Origin: Lama glama
Taxonomy: Eukaryota
DNA: 64,000 nucleotides
Reading direction: 5' to 3'
NCBI GenBank assembly: GCA_028534125.1
Contig: CM052823.1
Location: 66,836,001-66,900,000 of the forward strand
Below, piece after piece: positions 1-11,520 of the stretch. Numbering within the stretch: the stretch's first letter is position 1; the number at the start of each line of letters is the position of its first letter. Below the pieces are notes generated by a model. That model was not told the DNA's origin. It did no database searches and worked only from the letters and a program-made list of their open reading frames with translations. A program made the position numbers and the translations under genes.

Positions 1-112
1 GAGGAGTCTCACTTGGAGAATGAGTGAGGCCAAAGAGGTGAAGAGACTGCCCAAGGTCATAGAGCGTATGTGTGGTCAAGTCTGAGTCCTGTACCAGGTC
101 TTCAACTTCCTT
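1..112 (-). mobile_element. MIR SINE fragment
   Basis: gaggccaaagaggtgaagagactgcccaaggtcata is the reverse complement of the MIR core. Confidence 0.6.
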
Positions 113-1029
113 ATCTATTGTTTTTATTGCTTTACCACATTTTTTTCTTGGCTTCTTAAAATTGATCATATTCCATTCTGACTCCTAGAAAGAAGCCACC
201 TGCCTCCTTCAAATGAAGTAGATAAACCTGCTCCCAATTGCCTCTCTCCCTCCCACGGAGGTGCTGAGAGGTCACCTATCTACCTGGGCTTCCCTTCCAT
301 CAGCCTCACTAGACCTGACCTTTCTCCTCCACATATTTTCCCTTCTCCCCAACTTCCCACTGGTAGCCCCAAATCTTGATGTTACCCTTCTCAGGAAATA
401 TTTGAATTTTACCAGCTCCTTTAATATAAGAACCCAAGGGGCAATTAATGGGAGAAAGTAGGTACTAAGAGACTCCAATGAGGAGATTAAGTTAGGGAAT
501 TAAGTTAGAAAGTTGACTTTCTTGTGCTCTTGAAAATCACACCTTATAGCTGGCCCCAAGTACACAGCAAAATTTGAACGCCACTACTTTGTCTTAAAGG
601 GAAAGGTGACTCATAGTTTGGGGTATGCTTTGATGAAAACAAAATTATTACAGTTATAACCCATTCTGTGAGATACTAAGCAGAGAAGTAGAAATAAAGA
701 TAAGCAACTATTAACCCAATGGCTAAATAGCAAAACGTAAATAATGTCAGAACATAATTTTTAATATCCCACCACCTACTTGCAAATGTCTGTTAGTTAA
801 AGGAGGCATGACAGCCTATTTGAAATATAATTATATTTTTTACATGTCATCACACCAGGGAATAACAACTGGACAGTTTCTAATATTACCCTTTCTGACT
901 TTGGACAAGCAAATTATCTTTCCCTTATCCCATAGTATCATTATCTATAAATAAGGCTAACGCCACTACTGCATTTACAAATCAGGCTCTTTGAATTTAA
1001 TCTCCCCTGAATTTTCTTAAGTCAATTCT

Positions 1030-1095
1030 ACCAGTTATCTGTTGCCACACCAACACTGCATAACAAACCACCACAAAAATCTCAGTGGTGTACCA
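1030..1095 (-). mobile_element. MLT1 (ERVL-MaLR) LTR 3' end fragment
   Basis: cagttatctgttgc...gcataacaaaccaccacaaaaatctcagtgg matches the reverse MLT1 terminus. Confidence 0.55.
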
Positions 1096-1099
1096 TGAT

Positions 1100-2097
1100 G
1101 ACCTTGTTGGAGTTTAGGGTATCCATTGTGACTACTGTGACCCAGTCCTGAGCCAAAACTCCCTTCATCACCTCCATGAAACATGAAAAAACCTCCATGA
1201 AAATCCTACTCTGACTAGTGGACACAGTGGAGCCCTGGACATCTAGGAACTAGTGAGTGTCCAATAAGCCCTGAAAAGTCTGATTATCTTTCCTTCTCCA
1301 ACGCACAGTCACCTTGATAAACAGCCATAGGTGCCTTTGGGGAAAGTGAGGAGGATTTACAGTACAATTTTTTGGTATGTGTAGCAGGGTCCCTACTCTA
1401 GGGGGCCTTTCTTCTTTATTCAAGGGATTCTGGGTCTGGGAACCGGTTGTTATTGAGATTTCTTTTGATGTCAAGCAGCAAAATAATCCAATTCCGTTGG
1501 TGTTTACTGTACCTCCTCATGAGCCACACTTTGATCTTGCCCTCTTGGATTTTCTGGAACTTGAGCCTAGTTACAGGAGAAGTAAAAGTTGGCGGGATTA
1601 GATCCTAAGGGATATCAGCAATTCCTTGCAATGCAAAATACCTCAGGGAAGGTGATCACAGGTTCTTCAGGCAAAAGGAGACTAACTTCCCTTAGACAGG
1701 GCAGGAAGAACTGCTGGCAAAACAGGCTTAGTAGAGTTTAGGGGCTCAGGTTGCCCAGCTTCATTGGAATTTACCAACAAATCCTCATCCTGATATTCAA
1801 GGTCCAGTCTATGCCAATTAATACTCTAACTTCAGCATGGGAAACTATAAGGTAGGGAAATCAATTTGCAATGTAATTCAGCCACCTGAATTACCAAGAG
1901 TAGATTTTGGGTGTGATTTTGGAAATCTGACCCTAAAGCTGTAGAAGATAAAGGTTTCTATTAGGGAAGTTGTATATTTTAGGCCTCTTAAACAGATTTT
2001 GAGCTGGGAATTTAAAGCTCTTAGCTCATCATTTCTTTTTCCAACTTCTCCAGTGCATTTATAAGCAACCAACCAAACTCCTCCCAGTACCAAATTT
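1100..2097 (-). mobile_element. Decayed ERVL-family internal region (gag 5' part plus protease), internally deleted
   Basis: - strand frames give GWLL...NDELRALNSQLK (ERVL gag N-term), QSVAHEEVQ*TPTEL, then PQRHLWLFIKVTVRWRRKDNQTFQGLLDT (ERVL protease LDT motif). A PBS-like aatttggtactgggagg abuts the LTR. Confidence 0.85.
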
Positions 2098-2428
2098 TGT
2101 ATTAGTCAAGGTTCAATGAGAGATGCAGAAACCGCAATGAGCAATTCTGTATCATTATATCAAAACAAGGATTTTCTTATAGAAATCTGACTTCAGCAAT
2201 TGTGGGAGTTTATGTGCAAGTGTTGCAGCTGTGTACATATGTTGTATGCACATTGTTAATATGTATGTTTAATGTATACATACATACATACATACCTGTA
2301 TATATAAATACATAGAATGCAGAGAAAATATAGAATATACAAGTACATAGAAAACAAATACAAACACATACTTGTATATATAAATGTATACACACACAGC
2401 TACATAGAAAATCTGTGGCTTCTGGCAA
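2098..2428 (-). mobile_element. MLT2-type (MLT2E/F-like) 5' LTR remnant with internal TA/CA simple repeat
   Basis: tgtattagtcaaggttcaatgagagatgcagaaacc is the reverse of an MLT2 3' end and directly joins the ERVL internal sequence. Confidence 0.7.
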
Positions 2429-2429
2429 A

Positions 2430-3865
2430 AGAGTAGACTAAAAGAACCTGAAACTCTCCTGCTACAAATTCTGAGAAAAGCTTAATGAAATGCTTTAAAA
2501 TTCTCTGAAATTTATAGCTGGGCCTACAAGGGAAAAGAAAAAAAAAAGGGAAATCCCTAGATCCCAGAAGTGAAGAGGGAACTGAAAACCGTATCAGTAA
2601 GCTTGTAAACGGACCCTGGCTGCCCTTGGTGTGGGGATTATGGGTTCCTGCAACCAGGGCGGTGGGCTTTAAGGACCACGGGATGCGAAATAAGGGGCTA
2701 GAATGTGCAGGATGTGAAGAGTGAACCTGAGGTGTCGGCAGAAGTCAGAACATTCAGGGGCTGAGGCTCTACTCTCAGTGAAAGGACAAAAGAAAAGAAA
2801 AATCTACACCATGGCCAAAGACTCAAAAAGGAAACTTCTCTGTTTCTATATGGCTCTTAGTGGGAAAAAAAAAAAAAAGAGTCAGACTTAAGAAAATGAA
2901 ACCACGGACCTATGCTTTGCATGGGCTTAGTATCCAAAGTTATACTGCCTACCTGGTCTGGGAATTCAAAATGCATAATAAAAGATGTGAAACAGTGAGA
3001 AACTGATAAGAAGTGACATAAACAATAACAATAACAACACTAATAAGATGATGATTATTGTGGGGATATGATTTCAAGGAGAAATTAAAGAAGAAAACAA
3101 TAAAATGTAGGGTAGGAGAACATTAACTGAAAGTTCTAATGTTCTGTTATGTGTGAGGAAGTTAGCAATATCAGTTAAACTTGGATTTTGTTGATTAATT
3201 GTGTATGCAGAATTTTAAGAAAAAGAAGGGTAAACAAAGTATAAAATAAAATTATAGAAATAGATCCAGCCAAATATACCAGTAATCATGATAAATGTAA
3301 ATGGACTAAATTCACTGGTTCAAATACAAAGGCTCAGATTGTATTTAAAAAAAAAAACCCATAATCTTATAGTCTAGAAATATAATGCCTTCAAAATACA
3401 TAAGTAAATTATAACGTCAAAAAAAGCTGAAAATAAAATGCTGGTAAATGAGGTACTATGAAAACACCAACACAAAGAAAGCTGGGGTAACTACCATAAT
3501 AGCAAATAAAACAGACTTTAAAACAAAAAACTGTACTATTATAAATGAAGACTACTACAACAAAAAGCAATAAAAGGAACAATTTTTGAGGAAGATATTA
3601 CAACACAGTATTAAGTATATAAACCTCAAACTGAAGAACTCCAAGGAGAAACTGATAAATCAGCAACCATACTAGGAAATTTTGTCACATATATTGCTTA
3701 GAAATGGAAATATCAAGAAGATGAAAAACAAGGACATAGGACTTTTGACTAATACAATTAGTATAGAAAATCTGATGAATATTTAAAACCCTGTATCCAA
3801 CAAAAAGAAAACAAATATTAATTTTAAGGGCAATTCTAGCATTTACCAAAGTTGACCACTTGGAT
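2430..3865 (+). mobile_element. Old L1 (L1M/L1ME) 5' region and ORF2 endonuclease remnant
   Basis: ataaatgtaaatggactaaattc (INVNGLNS) and aaagctggggtaactaccataatagcaaataaaacagactttaaa (KAGV...DFK) are L1 ORF2 EN motifs; A-rich strand. Confidence 0.75.
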
Positions 3866-3869
3866 CAAA

Positions 3870-3955
3870 CTGACTTGGTGTGGGTCTCAGGGATCAGTTT
3901 TTTTTTTTTAAGTTCCCCAAGAGATTCTAATGTGCAGTCAGGTTGAGAACCACTG
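3870..3955. mobile_element. MER5A-like hAT-Charlie MITE half
   Basis: aagttccccaagagattctaatgtgcagtcaggttgagaaccactg terminus. Confidence 0.75.
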
Positions 3956-4289
3956 TAATATAGCAAGTACAAATGAATGAACTGTACTTTCATATATTGA
4001 TATGGCTACATCTGTATGAAGCTAATGTTGAGAAGAAAGGCCAGTTATAAAAGGAGAGTACACTGTATTTAAGTCATTGGAAAACAAAGAACAATAGCTG
4101 TATTATTTCTAAGAAATAAATAAAACAAATACAGCGAAGTATCAATACAGTAAAATCTGCTGATAAATGTGTGGATAGCTGTTATATGATTTTTGTACTT
4201 TTGTATACTTGAAATTTTAAAAAATTGAACAAAAAATAAATTCATAGATGAATTACATCTCACGTCCACTGGGTAATGTAGAGTGTGTC

Positions 4290-4730
4290 TGTTGACCAGG
4301 GAAGGAGGTGTAACAGGCTTTTTCTTGTAAGAATTAACAGGGTGACGTTATCTTTTTGACTCTACTATCATGGACCTGGATCTTTGGGCTCAAAATTTTG
4401 ATTTGTCGGCCGTAAGAAAAAACTGTTGCAGGCACCGAAATACTCCTGCTTGATGGACACCTTCTCAGGTTTATATAACGTTGGAAGAGAAATCTTAAGA
4501 AGCCTGCTTAGTGAGCCCCAAATTAGACCAAGTGGAATTGTCTGAATAGTGGTTTCGTTTAATAACAGCATTGGGATCTGATAACACCTCATGATTGGAC
4601 TGATCCTGGCAATGTGATTGGAAATGCTCAAAGTCCGTTTGCAAAGTTTCTCTTCTGGACAAAGCTGGATGAGTAAAGTCTTTATCTGACTTTGTGAAAA
4701 TCATTTTTTAGGCTTTCAAGGCTGAACAAC
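4290..4730 (-). mobile_element. Penelope-like retroelement reverse transcriptase fossil (frameshifted)
   Basis: Collinear motifs across frames: SLESLKND / IFTKSDK / DQSNHEVLSDPNAVIKR / STWSNLGLTKQ / LPTLYKPEKV / FFLRPTNQN / DNVTLLIL..KSL-YTSFP. Confidence 0.6.
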
Positions 4731-5049
4731 ACCCCTCTATGCCTTCTACCCACAAACATCTTTAAATTACTTAATAGAAGTTCCAGTCAGCTAAGGCTTG
4801 AGACATTTTGCTCTTTACGGAAACTTTCCATTTTTCAGCTTTGATCTAATTTGGGTTATTTCATAAATTTTCTCTAAGTACTATCTTGTTCTCTTCTTTC
4901 CAAAGAATCTGAGAAGGAACACTGGACTGTATGCCTCAACAGAGGACACACTGACCAGAGTACTTATCTGCTTATTACACTCCAATAGCTCCCTTTCTTC
5001 TGGGCTCAAGCTCCCTGCAATGGCGCGATCTGGCTCTTGCCTCCATCTC

Positions 5050-5878
5050 GAGTCTCATCTTCGGTCCACTCTGGCCCAGCACTTTACACTCAGCTATGTT
5101 GCACCAATGCCCTGCTTCTGGTTCTGCACACACTGTGCTACCTCTTGCCTCTGCCTTGGCTCTAGCTGCCTGGAGGGCAAACCCATCATTCACTGTTTCC
5201 TCAGCTGTTACCATCACTAGATTGTCTTACCCTCCACACCTCCCTTCTTAGACTCATCGCCCTCCCTCTGTGCTCCCATGGCCACCTTTGCAGACTTAGA
5301 CTTAGTCTGCACTCGGCACACAATATTTGACATTTTCTGTGTCTCCACCTGTCTCCCCAGCTGGATCGACTGCTCTAGCCAAGACAAGAAGCATAGTAAT
5401 TTAATTGTCTATCCTGTAATGTCCTTAATGCTGGTTGTTGACTATTTCTAACTCTCTGCTTCTGGCCACGTTGTAGGATTGTACTTCCTGGCACCCGCTA
5501 AAGCCATGTGACCAGTTCTAGCCAATGAGTTATGTGTGAAAGTGATTTGTGTCAGTCCTGGGACACACAAGTTATTTGCCAGTGGAAGACCCTCTAGACT
5601 CTGGCTGTTCCCTTGGCTGACTGGCAGTGTTCAGGCAGTCACTGGTCTGTCAACCTAGGACCCAGAGTGAGAATGATGAAGATGGTGAGCAGATCCCTAC
5701 CTGACCCATGTATTTAGTGTGAATACAAAATAAACCTTCTTTGTTTTAAATCACTATGATGGTGGTGGGGGGGGTTGTTTGTTACTGCAACATAAGCAAG
5801 TCCATTCTGACTGATACATGTCCCCAGTATTTGGCAAGGTGCTGGCACCTGTAGGTGCTTAATAAATGTTTACTGGAA
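5050..5878 (+). mobile_element. L2 3' region interrupted by an MLT1 LTR
   Basis: ctccctctgtgctcccatggc...tgtctccccagctgga, and tail gtgctggcacctgtaggtgcttaataaatgtttactggaa. Confidence 0.65.
5415..5818 (+). mobile_element. MLT1I/J-like solo LTR
   Basis: TG...CA ends, gccatgtgaccagttctagccaatgag core, aataaac signal, ctgactgataca end; TSD tatcc/tgtcc. Confidence 0.8.
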
Positions 5879-7029
5879 AAAAAAAACTACTCTAGAAGAA
5901 AATTAAATTGAGTAGAGTTTGTGAAAAATACCAGGCATCTAGTAGGCACTCATTAAATATTAATTGGCTCTAAGGAAGACACCTGTATTTTAGGTTTCTT
6001 TTTAAATATTTACTTCAATTGTGTGCAAGAGTAAGTGTCTGCTGGGATGAAAATTAAATGATGAAGTTAGAAACAGTCATCCAGAAGAAGAGAAATGTCA
6101 TCTATAGCCAAAGATAAAAAGTGGGGAACACGTTTCTCAAGAAGAATATTTAGTTTCCTAAATTAAACAGGCATCCTATTAAGAAAAGCAAGCATTTGAG
6201 ATCCTGTCCTAGATCTCTTATGCTCCTGGCAGGCTGTAAAATTTGTTTTAGAATTAATCATTTAGCTCTTCACTGCCTTTTCCAGATTTTATAGGTTTTC
6301 CTAAGTTAGGAAAAGGCTCATTTATTATCAGCAGTGGGGGGTAGGTGGGTGGGGGTGGTAAAGCATGGGAAATGTTTATTTTGGATAGTTTTCTTGACTT
6401 CTCTAACTGCTGTTACCACCTGCAGTAGCGACATGACAGCTGAAATAGGACTTTTTAACAGCTAAACTCCAAGAAAGTTAATTAATATATAAACAGCCAC
6501 TAATGTTTACTGAGTATGTGATAACGTTCCAAGAATCTACAGAGTGTAAAAGAGAAATAAACCTCTCACGAGAATCTTATGAAGTACCTGGATAAACTTT
6601 ACACAGGGAGGCATTTGCAAATGTATGAGGGACTATTATCCATCTGTGTTGGACAAAGACCAGGTGCATGTGTTAGCGTGTGTGAATATGCAGTTCCCTT
6701 CTCTGTAGAAAATGAACAGCCTCTTATGTAACTGGGTCAAATGAAGTACTTGCACGTGTTAACTGATAACAATCACAGTGCTCTTCTCCCTCAGGAAGAA
6801 GAGCTGTGAGGTCCCAGGAGAACAAGAACAGTGCTCAAAGCTCCATGCCAAGGTAGAGAATGAGCAGTGAACAGTAACCAGCACTAATGTTGTGGAGGGT
6901 GAGAAGGATAGAGTGAAATAATTAACTCATGGGGGAAACAAACAAGCCAATAAAAACCAAACTCAGCCACAGGCAAGACTAGAAGACACTTCAAACTAAA
7001 GTTTCTAACCCCAACCTAGAAGAGTCTGT

Positions 7030-7305
7030 GTAACCTGGCCCCTGCCATCAGCCTCACCCACCACACTTGTCCCTTCACTCATGGTCTTCCACCTATCCTC
7101 GTCCCTCAAAACATTTCAAACTTTTCCTCTTTGAGCACCTTAGAACTTGATGTTCCCTTCGTCCAGAAATCTAGTGCCTAAATCTTCACAATGACTGGCC
7201 TTTCTTTTTATATCTTAGTTCAAATATCACCGTTTCAGACAGACCGCGCCTGACTACTGCACTCTTAATAGAAGGGGTCTAGAAATGTTTGTTGAATAAA
7301 TGAAC
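7030..7305 (+). mobile_element. L2 3' fragment
   Basis: ttcaaatatcacc...cag and tail aaatgtttgttgaataaatgaa. Confidence 0.6.
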
Positions 7306-7609
7306 TTTATAGAAACAGAAAGACCATGCTCTGCTGGGTGTTCTGCAGAAACAGAAACCAAAGGCATCAAGTACTGAGGTGACAAATCATGGATTATCCA
7401 GGCAGATCTGGAATCTGGCCCTCTGACTCTAAATGTGCTACTATTCAAAGTCTGACATGGAGAACCAAGGTCTGGAGATGTATGTCTTGTGGTTAACTAC
7501 TGTGCACCCATGTTTTGTTATCGAAATATGCAGTCTTTTTTTTTCCTGGCCTTTGGGAGCTTCTTTAACTCTTTTGTGCCTTAGTGTTTTTATCTGAAGA
7601 TATCAAAAT

Positions 7610-10125
7610 ACACATTTAAAAAAGATTACTAGAACTGGAAAGAAATATTTGTGACTTATATCACAAAGAACTAATATCATAATATAAAAGAGAGTCTAAA
7701 AACATAGGGAAAAAAGACTAATACACATTTTAAAAAATGGGCTGGAAATATGAGCAGGCAGTTCACAGAAAAAGAAGGGAAAATGGCCCTTAAACATGAA
7801 AAGATGCTTGACTTTATAACAGAAATACATATGAAAACTTCACTGACATATTTTCTCATCTATCAGATTGGCATAAATTTAAAAGACTGACAACATATTT
7901 TGTTGGTGAGGCTGTGGAGAAACAGTCTCATACACTGCTACTTCAGAATGCAAAACAGTACAAACCCAAATGGATGAGAATTTGACATAGCCAGTAAAAT
8001 TATATATGCATTTGCCCTTTGTTCTAGTAATCCAATCTCTGTTACTATCCAGAAAATACACTTTAAAAGTACCAAAAAAGGCATGAGTATATGTACATGA
8101 CTGTACATTACAGAATTGTTTGTAACAGCAAAAGACTGGAAACTAGTTGAATAAACTATATAACATCCTTCCAGTAGAATACCATGCAGCTATAAACAGT
8201 AAGAAGGCTAACTATACACTGCCAAGAAGAGATCAGCTCAGTAAGATATTTAGTGAAAGAAAAATGAAGATAAAGAATGTATATTGTATTCTAAGATTTA
8301 TCTCAGGAATACTGATATAAGTGTTTAGATATACACTTGCTGATATTTAAAGAATCATAAAATAAATAGAACAATTATTTAAAGGAATAAGGAGAAGGGT
8401 CAAGAGAATAGAGATGGAAGTTAGACTTTAATAACCGAAGTTAAAGAAGCAATTCCTAAAAAAAAAAAAAAAGATTTAAAATAGTCATGTGACTGTAGAG
8501 TCCTAATGTGGTAAACTGTGAAGATAAAAAGAACTAAAAAAAAACAAAAACAAAAACAATGACAACAAATATATAAAAAACTTAATGATGGTATTGCTTG
8601 TATCATTACCTGAAATGGTTACACATACTATCATATAAATAAAGTAAATGATTAAGTCAAAGAGATAAGAAACTTCAAATTTTCATTTAAGGCAAAATCA
8701 CTAAAGCAAAACTCTGTAATCTTATGGTTAAATGTAAAAATATCAATATGAATCTATGATGTATTTTTAAAAAAATACTTCTTTCCTGGTTCTCTCCATA
8801 AGAAGTTTAATCCATCAGCCACCAACACCCCTTGTAGCTAGACTGTAGCATCTAAATTAAATTTTCCAGTAAAAGGAACTAGGGACTTTTTGAGAAATGG
8901 ATGTTCCAGATCTGAAGGCAGACAGACAACAGACCAGAGGAGTCTGGATATCTTATCATACCAGATTGCAAAGCAGTTTTCAAATATTACTGAGCTTGTG
9001 TCAAAATTTCTCAGGAGCCAATTTAAGCTTCACACTGGCCAAAGATAGAGCCATTTGAGCATCAGCAAAGCTAAAAATCACAATGAATTAAAAATGACAG
9101 ATATGGTAAAACCCATAAATTCATAAAGATACAAAAAAAAGGCTAATTGGTCATTTTTGGAGGACGCTGGAGGACCAATTCTTTATCCTAAATTATTCAT
9201 AAGTAGAGAGAAAAAGGTCAAGCATTTATCTTTCTTTTCATGTGAGAATTCTGTCTCACTAACGGTAACTAAATAGTTAACGAGGTAATTTTTCTCTCTA
9301 TAGGAGTATTCCAGTTAATAAGGACGAGTGGCAGCACTGGGATAACACTATTTCACAACTCCTAATTGAAATAATGGATCCAGGTAATAAGCATGGATGA
9401 CTGCTAATATCACCAAAAGAGAGACAATCAGGTATCATATGCCTCCTGACGGATGCACACACCACCACCTACCAAGTATTCTTGTGAAAAAGATTAAATC
9501 TGAGTCAATCTAGTCTTCTAGATCGAACACCAATTTACATGGGAAGTTGAATAGACAAAAACGAAACAAAACTGTGAGAATGCAATCAGCCAAATCCAGA
9601 AGGTGAGAATCTCTACAAGTCAAGCAACCCAGGTTATTCAACAAATACATTTCAAAAAAAAAAACCCCATCAAGATTAAAATAGACAAAGTTAATCACAG
9701 CCAAATGCCAAGGTACCTTGTTTAGATCCTGATTTGAACAAATCCACTCTAACATTAAAAATTGTATGCAAATCCAGTGAGCACTCAAATTTTCCTGCTC
9801 CTCTCATGAGAGTGAACATGGTCTGGATATTTGATGATCTGAAAGAACTGCTGTTAATTTGGGGGGGTGTAACACTGATATGATGGTTGGGTTTAAAAAC
9901 TTCATCTTGTATTTTATAACACTGAAATCTTTATAGATAAAATGATATGGAGTCTGTGATTTCCTTCAGAATAATCCTAAGTATGTGTGTGTTTGGGGGT
10001 AAAGAGGTGGAAGAGGGAGTTTGACGGTGGTTGGGGTTATAGATGAAGTAAGAGGAACAGAGAGTTAATGACTGTCGCAGCTGAGTGCTTACGGGGTTCT
10101 TTGTAATGCTGAGTGTACCTGAATT
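7610..10125 (+). mobile_element. L1MC4-like LINE: ORF2 3' end and long 3' UTR
   Basis: aaaaatgggc...gcaggcagttcacagaaaaagaa; 3' UTR block aatggatccaggtaat...caaaaagagagacaatcagg...caccaccacctaccaagtattcttg. Confidence 0.8.
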
Positions 10126-10239
10126 TTGTTTGAGACAGTGCCTGGCACATAGTAAGCACTCAATAGATTGGGTCCCTCAGGGGATCTGGGGCTTGAACAT
10201 TCTGGAAGCTCTGAGAAACAGTATAGAAAATACATCTTC

Positions 10240-10500
10240 TCTTGTGTATCTTAGATAATCTATGTATGTAAAAAGTGCGGGGGGGGGATTGATTTTATTT
10301 TTTATATAGATACAGTAGTGGCAGACTATCATTGTTCTGTACCTTGCTTTTCATCACTCAATAGTATCTCTTGGTGATTGTTCCGTATCAGTGCCCAGAG
10401 AGCTTCCTCATTTTTTTTTCTTTTTTGCAACTGTTCAGTTTTCCTTTTATGGTTACACTATTTTATATTCAACCCAGACTTTACTGATGTCTGTTCCCAT
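10240..10500 (-). mobile_element. Old L1ME 3' fragment
   Basis: ttgttctgtaccttgcttttcatcactcaatag...ttccgtatcagtgcccagagagcttcctcattttt. Confidence 0.6.
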
Positions 10501-10699
10501 TTTTTTTTTTTTCATCTTGAGTGCAGTAGTTGAGAACTCGTTCTTATAGAAGACAGAAAGGATTTCCTCCAAAGAGCTCCCTGGCTTCATAACTTGCCAG
10601 GGACAAATCCAGGCACTCTCCTGACATTCTAAACCCCAACCCCACATCAATCTCGCACAACAACAATGAAATCAACATATCTTAGAGTAAGCACCTCAG

Positions 10700-11520
10700 G
10701 GGACACACCCCTCCAGTGTGGGTTTAGGTAGGGCTGAGCGGGGCGGGTATTGGGTGGGTGGAGCAGGATGAATTCTTCATCATTGTTTGTCCTGTTTGAA
10801 TGCAGATCTTCTTCCCTAGCTGGGGCCAGAGTCTTCAAGCTTGCAATAGGAGTTTCCAGAGCCCCTTTAACCCTTCAGAGAGAACTTATATCAAAACTCT
10901 CAGCAAGAGAGTAAAAGGAAGTGTCTTTACGCAGGGCTGCTTGGAAATGGGGTAAGCTGCGAAATTTAACAAGTGCAAAAGCAGAAAAGGGCCCCGGGGT
11001 ATTTTTAAACCTCTTACAAACTGGAGCAAGTCCAAATTTAACACAGGTTGGTTGTTTAATGTGGCTTTCTCTTTCACCCACCTTCCCTTCAAAGGGATAG
11101 ATTTTTTTTCCCCTCTCTGCTGAACTACACGGGCTCCAGGAGCAAATACTCAGCTCCAACAAGCACAGCAAGTTAACGCTTGTGTGAGCTGCACCCAAGG
11201 AACAAAGGAAGCTTAAGTTAAAATAAAACCACACCTCCTTCCCCTCCAAGTGACAAAGATAACCCTCCCAGGTCAGGCCTTTATGCTCTGGCAATGAGCA
11301 AGCTGAAGTGAAGGGCCGCGGGACAGGAAAGAGGAAGCAGGACCCAGGGTCATCCCCACTGCCTCCCTCTCCATCCCATTTCTGCCCAGAGCTCGCCTCA
11401 TGCAGAGATGTGAGGGAGGGAAGCTTTTCTTTCTCTAAATACTTTCCCAGGCACTTTAAACCTCTGTTCTTCTTTCTTTCAAAACAGCTCTTAGAAAAGG
11501 TTTGATAAAGTGCATTTATA
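10700..11520. promoter_or_regulatory. Candidate enhancer/promoter (GC box, CACCC, ETS/PU.1, RUNX, GATA motifs)
   Basis: Repeat-free block with ggggcggg (~10740), aaaaggaagtg (~10913), aaaccaca (~11226), agataa (~11257), aaagaggaag (~11328), tgataa (~11503). Confidence 0.35.

Noticed and set aside
6795-6851. Possible + strand exon (ctccctcag| ... aag|gtagag)
   Set aside because: Weak donor, no partner exons and no recognisable peptide
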